Origin: Octopus bimaculoides
Taxonomy: Eukaryota
Direction: 5' to 3'
Assembly: GCF_001194135.2 (NCBI RefSeq)
Contig: NC_068986.1
Span: 111,583,560-111,647,559 of the forward strand
DNA: 64,000 bases
This document shows positions 13,021 through 25,285 of the stretch, piece by piece. Made by a program: the position numbers and the translations under genes. The notes below the pieces were generated by a model. That model was not told the DNA's origin, did not search any database, and was given only the letters and a program-made list of their open reading frames with translations. Each line of letters opens with the position of its first letter. The stretch's first letter is position 1.

Positions 13021-13370
13021 TCTTGAGGGATATTTTATAGTTGTATTCAATTTCTTTCATTGGAGAATACTGCAAAATTATATCTATTAGTTCCTTCTTG
13101 GAGAAAATTATAGAGTTCCGTATAATCATCCTTGGAGAATATTGTAAAAGTGTGTTTCTTATAAAGTAGATATTTTATAATTGTATATTCATAACATTCT
13201 TCTGGGTGAAAGTAAGCAGCAAAATTTAGTCACGTGTTTCCAAGAATGCCTGTGAATTGCACCTGGCATGTTCAATTAGTTCTCACGAATTACTGTACAA
13301 TCACTTTACTATCCTAGGAATTAGTTTACATAGAAACTCCTTCGAAAATATTGTCCTAGTTTAGACCCAT
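13021..13370. repeat. Degenerate minisatellite, about 35-38-bp unit
   Basis: Recurring core (t/c)TTGGAGAAtattgtaaaa near 13021, 13058, 13098 and 13131, with weaker copies to about 13370. Confidence 0.5.
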
Positions 13371-13408
13371 TGCCGTCATCCAAACTCTGATATTATGTGT
13401 AGAAACAC

Positions 13409-13639
13409 TGTTCCCTAGTATACGTTAACAGACAGGGACTGTCTTGTTGACAAAAGTATCACATGACTGAGAACTTTTGCAAATATTTTGACATTTCAAA
13501 CCACCAAGCACAAGGATGCATTTTAAGTCATTTTAGGCTATATTAAGTTGAAGCAGTTGATAAGCTATTCTGCATCTGCACTGTGATCCCTAAATCTATA
13601 AGTTGGAAATTGGACAAAGACCGATTCTAGTAGGGAACA
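13409..13639. mobile_element. Candidate 231-bp MITE
   Basis: TGTTCCCTAGTA (13409-13420) vs TAGTAGGGAACA (13628-13639), 11/12 inverted match; no target duplication seen. Confidence 0.3.
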
Positions 13640-13859
13640 TGTTGAAATAAGGATGTACAGAGATACGTATTTAATGCATTCTTTTTAGACAGCGATTAGT
13701 ATTTGTTTTTGATTCTGTTTTTTTTTTTTACAAAATTAGCACATATTGAGCTTGATGCTCATTGCATAGGAATGTTAGAGAAACGAAACGTTCAGAGAAA
13801 CAGAAAAAGAGCGACGATTAGAGTTAATTACTTTTATCAGGTTTATTACTCCTGAATGA

Positions 13860-14132
13860 CTAAAAGTCTTTGTTCATTAATTTCTTTTCACATAAAACAG
13901 TAAATATATTACGGTTAACTTTCACTGCTTGCCTTCCACAGGGAATATATCTCTCCGTAATAGCTGGGTTGTTGTTGCACTTCAATGTATCCTCTATTGT
14001 GCATATGCATAACATTTCTGTTATTACTGATCTGGAAAGAGCAGTAAAGACTTCGTTTCCCTGGTGAGTTCCAACTTCACAATTAGCATCTCCTGATTTG
14101 TCACCGTTTGCTTCAAAGCAGATCAATTTCAT
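13860..14132 (-). mobile_element. Possible RTE APE-endonuclease relic
   Basis: ORF contains GDANCEVG (cf. GDFNAKVG) and RNIFTVLCEKKL (cf. RNQIDYILCSQRW) at appropriate spacing. Confidence 0.45.
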
Positions 14133-15084
14133 TTTAACCCATTACTTTTTACCAATAATTTTCCCAATTTTGATTAATTGATGTAGGTTTTCGACATATT
14201 TATGTAATTTGTGATTGGGATTATCCTCTGCTTTGCTGGAGGAGATTTAGATATTTGTCAATCATATTTTCTCAGCAAATCAGGAAGATTTTTTAAAAAT
14301 TCAAATATGAGCACTCGCTGCATTGTGTTATCACCTATCATATTATATAAATATATTTTTGTTCCGCCAGCAAATTGTCCCCACATTTCTTTCCAGATTT
14401 CTTGGATTTCTATCACAGTCACTCAATGTATTGTAGCGAAAATATTTTATTTGTTTCAATTATTATATTTCAACTGATTTGAACATTTATATTTTATCGT
14501 CAACAATTTGTTTCATTATTACAGAAAACACAAAATAAACGTAAAACAAAAAAATATTTAATTTAATATACTGGAAATTGTTTTCATCTATAGAGAAAAA
14601 AAAGATTACAAAAACCAGAACCAGACACAATATGCCAACATTTCTTTAAATGAACGATTTCCAAGAAATCTATTACAAATCTTCGAGTCATATCCGACCG
14701 AAATTAGTCTAATAAAGAATTTTACGGTGACATGGTGATAAATGTTTCAAACAGACATTTACTGACAATTTACATAAAGCAAATGCATAAACGTTAACCG
14801 ATCTTCATTGTTTTAGATATTTGTTAGACTTTTTTGTTTTGTTTTTGCGAAACTTTATTTTTGACATTTAGACAATATTGCTCTGTTTCCTGATATTTTA
14901 TCTGCAAACATTAGTGCCCATCTTTTATTCTTTCTGTATAATTGAAAACGCATTCTCTTGTCATTTCCGTAAACAAATTATAAAACCAAGTTCTTGGCAA
15001 GCGAAGAGCTCATTCTGTTTATCTGTTTATTGAATTAGATTGGATTCCTGACATCAACTATCGAACATGATGGAATATCTTCAG

Positions 15085-15088
<4 letters not shown>

Positions 15089-15168
<80 letters not shown>
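15089..15168. repeat. (CA)n microsatellite
   Basis: Directly visible. Confidence 0.98.
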
Positions 15169-15170
<2 letters not shown>

Positions 15171-17416
15171 GAAATAACACATGCATAGATGTGTGCACAT
15201 GAACACACACATGTATATACAATTAAATATATGTGAATCATATTGATTTGATTTCATAAGTGTAACGTGGGCCTCTCTTCCTCTGACGCTCTTTACGTCT
15301 GCCTACCCAACTGCCTCACATTTTTCTTTTGCTTCCTTTCCTTCTTTCTTCCTTCCTTTCGTTCTCCCTCTTTCTCTCTTTCTCTCTCTCATTCACCTCT
15401 ATCTCTCTTCGTGGTTCTTTCTCTTCCGGTAATGTGTGTATGATTGTGTGTGTACTAAAGAGTCGGTGTATATTTATGCCTGTCCATGTATATATGCGTT
15501 TCTGATTACAAGCTAATTATCTTATTTGTCAGTATATGAGTATGAACTAGAAGCAAATGCATATAAAATTACACATTAGTAGCATTTACCGATTTTATAT
15601 TGCCAAGGGGTCCACGAAGTAATTGCCAGAACATATTAAACGTCAGAACTATGTTAGACATTTACTATTTTGTACGATTTATACAAGCTATTATTGAATT
15701 CAGTTAGTTGTCTTCAAGTTGTCAATCTAAATTGCTAACCATTTCCATTTGGTATAGGGTTTGTGTGAGGTTTAATTCTCTCTAGATGGTTTGCATTCTT
15801 TCTTAAATAATTTTAAGAAATAAAGCAACATTCCTCACTGATGACTGATGGAATTCGAACATTCCATCTCTTTTGAACTGGATTATGTCTGTCAATATTT
15901 TTAGAGATCTAAACTGGTGGACTGACAGCAAATACTGAATGATGGAATAAACGCTTCGTGGTAATGACTTTTACCTACGCCTTACATCTGGTGTTCGAAT
16001 GACAGATGAACTTCCGAGAGATAACATAAATACTTGTAAAGTGCTGGAGACCATTAAATCGTGTTTACGCTTTCTCCAAATGTACTCTCTCTCTCTAGTC
16101 TGAGTTAAGAATCAATATTTTGTCACTGTATTTAAGTGGGCTCACTAAGACTAATGTTCGTTTTATATTCCTATTTTCCTGGGTTCAAATCCATTTGAGT
16201 TTCGTTTGGATTCTTATCAAGCTTATTGCCCCGCAGCAAAAGTGGTCTGTTCAATATGTTATCTTAGCTGGATCCACCAGGCATTTCAGCCAGTTCGGTT
16301 TTATTATTTTTTTTTTGCTCAGTTCAAATAATGTTAATCTCATTCCTGGTTGTTCGCACACTATTTTCCTATTCTCATTTTGCAGCTTGTTAATCCAAGA
16401 GCATCTTCCTTAAGTGTGTAAAGAACAAAGCCTTGCAGTAAAAGAGAATTTAATATATGTTGTACATAGTAAGATCCTTACAGAAATATATAACAACAGA
16501 TTATATTAGGCTTTCTGATTCCCAGCTGGCAATCCGAGTTTCTCGACTCTCGCTGGTGATGAAAAGGAAACATTTCCTTTCAATCACACCATACGGACAT
16601 GTATGATATATTCTAATTTGAAATGGACGCAAAGTACGAGTAAACGATAACATGTTCATGATAGAATATTAGGTGTTTGTTAACAGGACTTCTCTGTACA
16701 CGTTCTGAGATTAAACAACTATGCTGAATTTCTCTACAAAGCAGTAAATAATTGATGTTTTTTTGGCTCAAAAAAATACTTTTATTCTATCTTCGTGCTG
16801 ATAATTTTACCCTCGGCGACTACAGACTGTTTTGTAAACTTGATAAATGAAATAAAGCTAATAGAAGTATATCACTATATCTAACTCAATCGCTGCTAAA
16901 CCTTTTCTACACCCAAATCGCCTCATAAAGCAGGCATCTGTTACGAGGTCCAAAAAACACACTTTGTATGTAAGTGATAGAGAGAGAGAAAGAGAGTGAA
17001 GGAGTAAGTGAGAGAGAGAGAGAGAGAAAGAAAGAGAGAGAAAGTAACATAGAGACAGAGAGTATAAGTCTGTCTGCTGCATGACTACCTAACAATACGT
17101 TAGCCGTGAAAAGTGACATCAATATTTGATGACTCCTCGCAGTTTAGCTGTTTTCGAATAACAAAAACAAAAAAATCTCGTTAGTTGCATATATCAGTGA
17201 AATCTTGCTTAATTTAAACACCATAGTCTCTAAAACTAAAGACGTTAAAAACGATCTAGTTCTTGATATACCAAATAAAACGGAATAATCAGGTTTCGAA
17301 CGTATTTTCACATAAATCTTATTCATAAAATCTGATCTAGTTTTAAACATCAAGAAGCAAATTTACCTAACAGCAGCGAGTGAAGAACTAAGCTCTGTTG
17401 CTCAAACTCTTAGATA

Positions 17417-18836
17417 TAAGGTGGTATCAAAGAGTTCCTGGACTAGTTATGTCTAATAAAAATAATTTATTTACCAAAGTTTTAGTATCGTCTTCGAAAT
17501 AGTTACCTTGCGCGGCAATACCCACCACTTATTCCATCAGATAAGCAATGCCCCTGTCCCTTGCGTCGGCTTCAGCTCCCTCTTCCACTTTGCTTTGCTA
17601 CGTCCATCAGCAAATCCCAAGGGCAAACATTAACAACGACAGGCCTTCATTTAGGCCAACCATGCTTCTCATGCGGCCTCACCATAATATGGATGCTCAA
17701 GAGACGGACGCAAGAAAAAACCTTTTCCTTTTCGCCCCGGAAACGAAAAATGTCGTCTACCATGAGGTGCTGTAAGCCATCCAACATACCACAGCTTCCC
17801 TGCGGAACAGGTTTATGGTGAGTGAGTACTATTGTTGCCATTTTTTCAAAATTACTTGTTTTTCTTAAGTCTTTTTTTTTTTTTATTTTCTCCGCTACAG
17901 CTTCTCCGTCGTCTTGCAGATGGCTTGAGTTTTGGCATTACTGCACCCACTGCTTTTCATGTGAACGAAAAAGGACGTGTATACGTGTGAACAGTTAACA
18001 ATCTTTTACAGCGCTATTGTGAGAACGATAATACCGTTCATGCCACTCTTGGAATCCGGCCTAGAAATCGTGTTCTGTAAGCGAGTAGTGGACTTTCTGC
18101 GACTCGCTATTGACCTCCCCAACGGTGTTAAAACGGCGACCTTTGAACTACTTTTTAATCTTGAGTAAGAGATGGAAGTCTGCGGGTGCCAAATCTGGTC
18201 AGTAGGGCGGATGCGGAAACGATACCATGCTTTTGCGAGAAACTTTCAAGTGAAGAGTGCTCGATAACAAGGTGCATTGTCTTTGAGAAGAATCCAGGCG
18301 TCAGGATTGCCTGCACGGACACATAGAACAGACCAAATATATCAGCAATGTCGTTGGTTGCCCTCCAGCGATCCTCATGCACAATCTGGTTAATTTTTTC
18401 TACATTTCCGGGGGTGACGTTCGTGGCAGGTCTCCCAGAATGCTCATCGTCTTCTAAGGGCCTTCTTCCGCGTTTGAAGCGTCCGTACCACTCGAAATGT
18501 TGCGTAAGACTTATTGCCTCGACGCCGTACTTTCGCCACAGCATGCTTAATGACTCTGTAGCAGACTTCAAAGGGTTAACGCAAAATTTCATATTGGCGC
18601 TTTGTTCCAGCTTCTTGCCCACGACAAAATGGCAGACTATAGCATACATGTGATCAGAAAAACACAGATTTCACAACTTGCGAAGTCAACTTAACGATGT
18701 CACTCGGTACACTGCCTCATGAAGGTCACTGCTAGCTCTCACTGTGCTGCCATTAACCGTGTGTTGCCAGCAACCAAATAGTGCTATCTATTGGTGCGCT
18801 ATAGAACTAGCTCGGGAAATTTTTGATACCACCTCG
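17417..18836 (-). mobile_element. Mariner transposon (irritans-like), internally deleted and interrupted
   Basis: TIRs TAAGGTGGTATCAAAGAGTTCC and (rc) CGAGGTGGTATCAAAAATTTCC; TA at 17415-16 and 18837-38. ORF 18155-18649 is the transposase N-terminus (EQSANMKFCV...FEWYGRFKRGR..LEDDEHSGRP) fused by deletion to the HDNA/YSPDLAP region; the C-terminal IAAQGNYFEDD lies at about 17490-17523. Confidence 0.9.
17545..17775 (+). mobile_element. Helitron RepHel (PIF1 helicase) C-terminal fragment inserted in the mariner
   Basis: RRLQLPLPLCFATSISKSQGQTL...GLHLGQPCFSCG, then after a frameshift LFLFAPETKNVVYHEVL*; typical PIF1/Helitron C-terminus. Confidence 0.85.
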
Positions 18837-19852
18837 TATAACTGTTAATTCTCCTGCAAATGGCACTATGCTGCTATAAAGAAAGCATAAGATGGCTAAT
18901 GTAAAACTATAAAGAACAGATCGATAATAGAACTGTTTACATGTCTGTATTTCATAAATTAGATGAAAACTCACTGGAGAGTGATGTCTTCGTCCTTCCA
19001 AAAGCAATGCTTGTTTGTAACTATTGCTAGCTAGTATGACAGGATTCGTATGTGGAGAAAAATATATAATAATGTGATTATAAAAAAATATATATATTTC
19101 CATTCCGGAATAACATCCATTATTCATAATAAAGTTTTATTTCTACTGAATAATGAGAGTATTTGTTATGTATAGTCACGAACATATTCACAACACGTGT
19201 AGAATTTCAACACATGAATTCCTTTTAGGATGACATGTTGTTTAATGTAACATTGAAACAAACATAATCCTGATGCAATGCCCTGCAAAATGTTCTCAAG
19301 TATTTCTGTTGCAAGTCAATGTCTACCATCCATCCAAAACGTATTTTTCGCCTTTTTGTAAGAACAGACGGTTTCACTTCACTACTCTGTCTTTGGACGT
19401 AGCTGTCTGGGTTTTGTTAATTTTCTAGCAACAGCGACACATATTTTGGCAACATACTTAAGTATTCTGAGAAAAGTTTTTTTCAAAAATACATATCAAA
19501 ACGTGAGCTAGTCTCGTAACGGCTTAGTTTTTTGATCAAATAAAATTTTCAATGAAGTCTTCCTGAAATCATACCCTGTCGTCTTAAAAAAGAGAACTGC
19601 ATTTCAGAAACTGTACCCCCAAAATATTTAGTGTTTTAACAAGGGAAAAATAAGATATAAAAATTTTGAATTTCTTTCGTTATAGATTTCTAGTCGTACT
19701 ATTGAGCTAAAGAAGATGCTCATAATATGGGTAGCAACAAATACACAAAAATTGGATTAGAAAAGCAATATTCAAGAATATATATTCATATATTGAATCA
19801 GTAACGATTCTTGTTTTACCAAAGACTTTAAAATATGCATATNNNNNNNNNN

Positions 19853-19886
<34 letters not shown>

Positions 19887-22800
19887 AGAGAGAGAGGCGG
19901 AGGAGCAGAGAAAGCAAAAAATACAGTGATGTATGCTGAATGTTGGGGAATGTAACCACATGTCAAGCCACATATGTGAATGGATATATTGTGTTCGTTT
20001 GAAATTTCAGTTATTTATCTAATAATAAGAGAATGAAATATCTTTACTATATAATTACAAGTTGGTAAAAATTGGCACATTTGCATATAAGAAGCAGTAT
20101 TTTGTGAGAGAATAATTTTTAGAAAACTGCATATTTCAATATGTAGTTTGGAATCATTTTAAATGGGGGAGCCAGTCTCTGAATATCGGTAAAATATCGA
20201 TTTTATCAGTTGCAATTTCCAGTTTGAATTAAGAAATAATAACTGACACAGAAATAAAGACTCTAAAATAAAGAATTTTGTTGTGGAATTTATTAAGAAA
20301 ACGAACTTTTTAAAGAACTATTTAGGTGCCGAAACATCAACAACGGGCTAATTAAAAACCATTATATGATCGGTGGTCAAAAACAATGATTTTAATTATA
20401 AATTATCGATTAATAGAATTTTCTCGAAGCATAACAAAGGAACAATAGAATTCAATGCAGCTTGTTCTCTTGCCAAGCCTCAGATAAGATGCAGGCTTTT
20501 TTGGAAATAGAACTACTGAAACGATCTTTATATTTGACATTGTGTGCATGTACTAACTTTAGGCCGGCGAGAAAAAATAGAATAAAGTATTTTAATTTTG
20601 CATGTTCAATCATGCCATATTTGTGTGAGTGTGTATATTCTAGCTGGTCTACGTGTGTGTGTGTGTGCCCAGTGGTGCAGGAGTGTGTGCGGGACTGCTT
20701 GTGTATAGTGTAGAATGTGGGTTTCAATATTGTCTGGCATCACTAATATTGATTTCTAACTTCAGTTGAGGGCTTAAACATTTTGGAGCATAGTATTGCC
20801 GATTAATAATCGACTAAAATCTGGTACTTATATTTGCCAATGATGGAGAAATTTCATGAACACTCCACGCGCTGGAAGTGACAGCTAAACACCCCCAAAC
20901 CATACCTTAATGTTTTAAAATCACGGGTATATTTGAAAAGGTAATTATTGATCTTGAAAGGGCAGGGTGCACCGGAATATTTTATCATTGATCATAAGGC
21001 TCCTTGCAATTATTTTATCAATCCAGGATGGTAAAATACAGAATAGATACTGTCATTGTTTCAATTAAAACGAAAAAATAAAAAAAAACAATTAACGAAA
21101 TACCAGTGGTCATACTACTTGACAATCCGGTTCAGTCCAGCAACTAGCGGCCATGATAATGGTAGCAGCTTCTCTTCTATAATAATTTATAGGTTTGAAC
21201 ATGGAAATCAAGAATAATCATTTCTGTAAAATACACACGATAGAATATTTTGGAAGGTGTTGGCAAACGTTCAATTATATTGAAACCAGAGCTTGACTGC
21301 TATGTTTATTTGTCAAATCTGGAATGTTGAATGCAAATTCGAGTTCACCAAATCCTAAAATCAGAAGATATATATTCTTCATTATATACGGTAAAGCATT
21401 GTGTCTGCTCTTTTAAGGATTCTGCCAGTCCAATTCTCTAAATAACAGTTTTTCCTTAGATACGCGCACAATCTTTAAGTCACGGAGAAGAGGCAGTCGA
21501 TACTGTCAACTTCAGTATTTTACATCTGATTCATAATATTGTTCATGTAAAGATGATATATAAAGTCGGTATTGGTGGAATTTGAACCCCACACTTTGAG
21601 ACGAATGACGTTGTGCACTAAATTATTTTCTCGAACGCCCAATTGTTTGGACACATAAAGTAAAATAAAAATAATTGTAGTTGCTGAGAGGATACACCAT
21701 AGAGACTGTCACATCAACGACAACAAAATACTTTTGTTATTCAAAATGTTATATCATATTGAAGGTTTTGTGAAATAGATATGATACATTTTCCAAATAT
21801 TTTGAAAGGAGAGAGATGTGTGTTACCGAAACAAAATACAAATATATTTAACAGAAATATGCGATACATACCCGTATATGCGCGTGTGTATGTTTGTGNN
21901 NNNNNNNNNNNNNNNNNNNNNNNNNNNNNNNNNNNNNNNNNNNNNNNNNNNNNNNNNNNNNNNNNNNNNNNNNNNNNNNNNNNNNNNNNNNNNNNNNNNN
22001 NNNNNNNNNNNNNNNNNNNNNNNNNNNNNNNNNNNNNNNNNNNNNNNNNNNNNNNNNNNNNNNNNNNNNNNNNNNNNNNNNNNNNNNNNNNNNNNNNNNN
22101 NNNNNNNNNNNNNNNNNNNNNNNNNNNNNNNNNNNNNNNNNNNNNNNNNNNNNNNNNNNNNNNNNNNNNNNNNNNNNNNNNNNNNNNNNNNNNNNNNNNN
22201 NNNNNNNNNNNNNNNNNNNNNNNNNNNNNNNNNNNNNNNNNNNNNNNNNNNNNNNNNNNNNNNNNNNNNNNNNNNNNNNNNNNNNNNNNNNNNNNNNNNN
22301 NNNNNNNNNNNNNNNNNNNNNNNNNNNNNNNNNNNNNNNNNNNNNNNNNNNNNNNNNNNNNNNNNNNNNNNNNNNNNNNNNNNNNNNNNNNNNNNNNNNN
22401 NNNNNNNNNNNNNNNNNNNNNNNNNNNNNNNNNNNNNNNNNNNNNNNNNNNNNNNNNNNNNNNNNNNNNNNNNNNNNNNNNNNNNNNNNNNNNNNNNNNN
22501 NNNNNNNNNNNNNNNNNNNNNNNNNNNNNNNNNNNNNNNNNNNNNNNNNNNNNNNNNNNNNNNNNNNNNNNNNNNNNNNNNNNNNNNNNNNNNNNNNNNN
22601 NNNNNNNNNNNNNNNNNNNNNNNNNNNNNNNNNNNNNNNNNNNNNNNNNNNNNNNNNGTATATATATATATATATATATTTGCTGGCCCTGTACCAAAAT
22701 CTAAAACCAATATTTCAAATCTAACAGAAATACTTAACATGAGTCAGATGCGAGAAAGAAAAAAAAAAATAATAATACAAAAATATTGTGTCTTAGAGAG

Positions 22801-23474
22801 AGGAGTCAGAAAACGGTAGAAAGGTATTTGAAGAGACATTGAGTGCATTATCAAGAGGACAGTTAAAAGAAATATAACAAGGAAGATTGCGGTTTGCACG
22901 GAAGCAAGAATGGAATATGGCAGCAAATATATATATGATCTTGAAAAGCAAGGCTGCAGCCAGGAAACAAGGTGAATTAGTGCAACACAAACGTATAAAT
23001 TGGCACAACAAATAACACCAGAAATATAACGTATCCATATTTGTTCTCCATTGACAAGAAGTCATAGCTCAGATATAATTCTGTAGTGGACAGCATGAAA
23101 CCTTGCCTGTTATTATTTTTATATTTATTATACACACAATTATACACACATACACACAAACGCATACACACAGTCACAGATATTTTATATGAGTGTGTGA
23201 GTGCGATATATATAGGGATCATTGTCGTTTCAGTCACAGCATGTCAGAATCTTAAAAAAAGGTTTTAATGTAGCACATAGATGTAAGTCATAACGCTGAA
23301 CTCGAATTAGTTATTCATTTATTCCATAAAACATTTGCGAAAATGTTACAGGTGTTGAAAGTTTGATAATTTTCTAAATTTTCAGCCAGTCAGAAAACAT
23401 GGCGTTCGCTGCGTCTTCCATCATCTGTGATAGTAGCGAGAAGTGGGCGTCGGCATGTCAAAACATTACAGATA

Positions 23475-23686
23475 ACGGTGAAAGACATTAAAACATAAGC
23501 GTGAGCAAATTAAATATTTAAAAGCTACGAGCAAACCGACTGGAGTTGCGAGAGATAACAGTCAAAACATTAAAAAGTACACGAGGAATGTAAACAGTGA
23601 AAGACATTAAAACACGCAAGCAAATTAATTATTTAAAACATTCGAGCAAACCAACTGTAGTTGCTAGAAATAACAGTCAAATCATT
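23475..23686. repeat. Two-copy tandem duplication, period about 119 bp
   Basis: ac(g/a)gtgaaagacattaaaaca...gcaaattaa.tatttaaaa...cgagcaaacc.act..agttgc..ga.ataacagtcaaa.catt at 23475-23571 and 23594-23686. Confidence 0.85.
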
Positions 23687-23809
23687 GCTTAAAACAGACG
23701 TTTATTACTTAAAAGTTCATGAACGATAGTTTTCAATACACTCTAGAATCTTATCGAATAGATTATTTTTTCTCATATTTCCTTCCTGACATAAATTTGC
23801 AATGATACG

Positions 23810-24420
23810 CGTCAACCATGGGACGGTGTGTCCGACATCGGCGTTTGTATCAACGCTTTAAAGAAGCACATGTACTGAAAGCGAGGGGAGCAAGTGGTGT
23901 GTGGGAGAGTTGGAGTAACGGAAGAGTGGGAGTGAAGATGCAGGGGAGTGGATCGGGGAGGAAGGGGAGTGTGTTGTGGCATCGGGTGGGACGGGATGAA
24001 AGAGAGCGAGAAAGTCATGGAAAATCTGCTTTAGATGGATGATGAAGCGTAAGGTGGAATATGCGAAAATGCTCGAATAAGCGAAAGGGAAAAGGCGTCC
24101 TAGGGTGTGCACTATGGAGAGATTAGAACGAACAGTGGTAGGCATTACGCGGTAGGGAATTGTGCGGAGTATGGGTAAGAGGGCAGAGGCAGAATGGAAG
24201 TAGGGTGGAAACGGATGCGGGAACCTTTGGAGATGAGGTAGTGGTGAGGACAGCTACTGAGAAAGAAACATGGCTATAGAGCCGTGTTTTTTGAAAAATC
24301 AATTGGGAAGGTGGAAATCAGCTGAAAAGAAGCGTGGTAGGATGATTTTTTTTTTCAGGCTGTGGTGACGGAGGAAGGATTTATAATTAGGAATGCTGGA
24401 AAGAAAAAATAACTGAGATA
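23810..24420 (-). mobile_element. Possible PLE ORF N-terminal relic (C-rich on minus strand)
   Basis: With one frameshift the minus strand reads LIFQKTRLYSHVSF/LSSCPHHYLISKGSRIRFHP, resembling the H..FL..C....LIPKG motif of PLE N-termini. Confidence 0.45.
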
Positions 24421-25188
24421 ACCACTTGAGCGTATATTATTTTGAATATATGTTAATTTCCAAGTTTTACTTATATCCTGATTCTTGACTTTCAGTTTGT
24501 AATATTTGATAAGACGGACATTCACATGGAAAAGAGTAATATTTTATAAAAGACATTTAATGTAACAAATACAAAAGTTCTTATGGTGTCCGATGAAGCA
24601 AATCATTTTCCAAAAGATTGCTGCAGTCATTATATTTTGTCTATTATGGTGTATTCCTTTGAAAGTTTTAGCCAAAGAAAATACACTTAGTACGTATATG
24701 TTTAAGCCTGATAGTTATTTTATCGATGTCTTTCACCGAACTATTAACTGAAAGGGACTTAAGCAACCCAACACCGCTTGTCAAGCGGCGTTGTTGAAAG
24801 AACGCATACACACACACAGATACGGCGGACGTCTTTTCGTTTTCGCCTAACAAATCCACTGAATCGTTTGCCCAAGGTTCACCGCAATAAGTCTGAACCC
24901 GGAGCCACTTGGTCAGGAAACAAACGTCTTAACATACAGCCAATATATAAACATATTTATATGTATGTGTGTATGTGTGTGCGTGTGTGTGGATAGACAG
25001 AAAAAGAGAGAAAGAGAGGGAGAGAGCGAAAGAAAGAGAGAGAAAGAAAGATAGAGAAAGCGAGAGAGAGAAAAAGTGCTGAGTGTCTTACGTCGCAGGA
25101 ATATGCTAGTATTGTGCACCTGCACAAGTTCTAATTCACATCTTTTATCCACTTTCTTCCACCTCCTCCTGCTCTTCTTCTTGATTAA

Positions 25189-25206
25189 TATTATTATTAT
25201 TATTAC

Positions 25207-25275
<69 letters not shown>

Positions 25276-25285
25276 CATTATTATT
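25189..25285. repeat. (TTA)n microsatellite
   Basis: Directly visible. Confidence 0.98.

Noticed and set aside
13021-13370. CRISPR-like array
   Set aside because: Contiguous degenerate tandem units, no conserved repeat/unique spacer pattern, no cas genes, eukaryotic context.
9280-15860. Other CTGATGA occurrences (about 9280, 10684, 15838) as hammerheads
   Set aside because: No stem II followed by GAAA and no stem I pairing.
16385-16413. Terminal exon after a strong acceptor (ttctcattttgcag), phase-compatible with the 13942-14063 candidate
   Set aside because: Adds only CLLIQEHLP*; sits in SINE-derived context; too weak.
17776-18032. Canonical Helitron 3' end (hairpin plus CTRR)
   Set aside because: Only a 4-bp CCTG/CAGG stem and no CTAG-type terminus at the junction.
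19180-19620. Tc1-like MITE ending in gaaactgtac
   Set aside because: No matching opposite TIR found.
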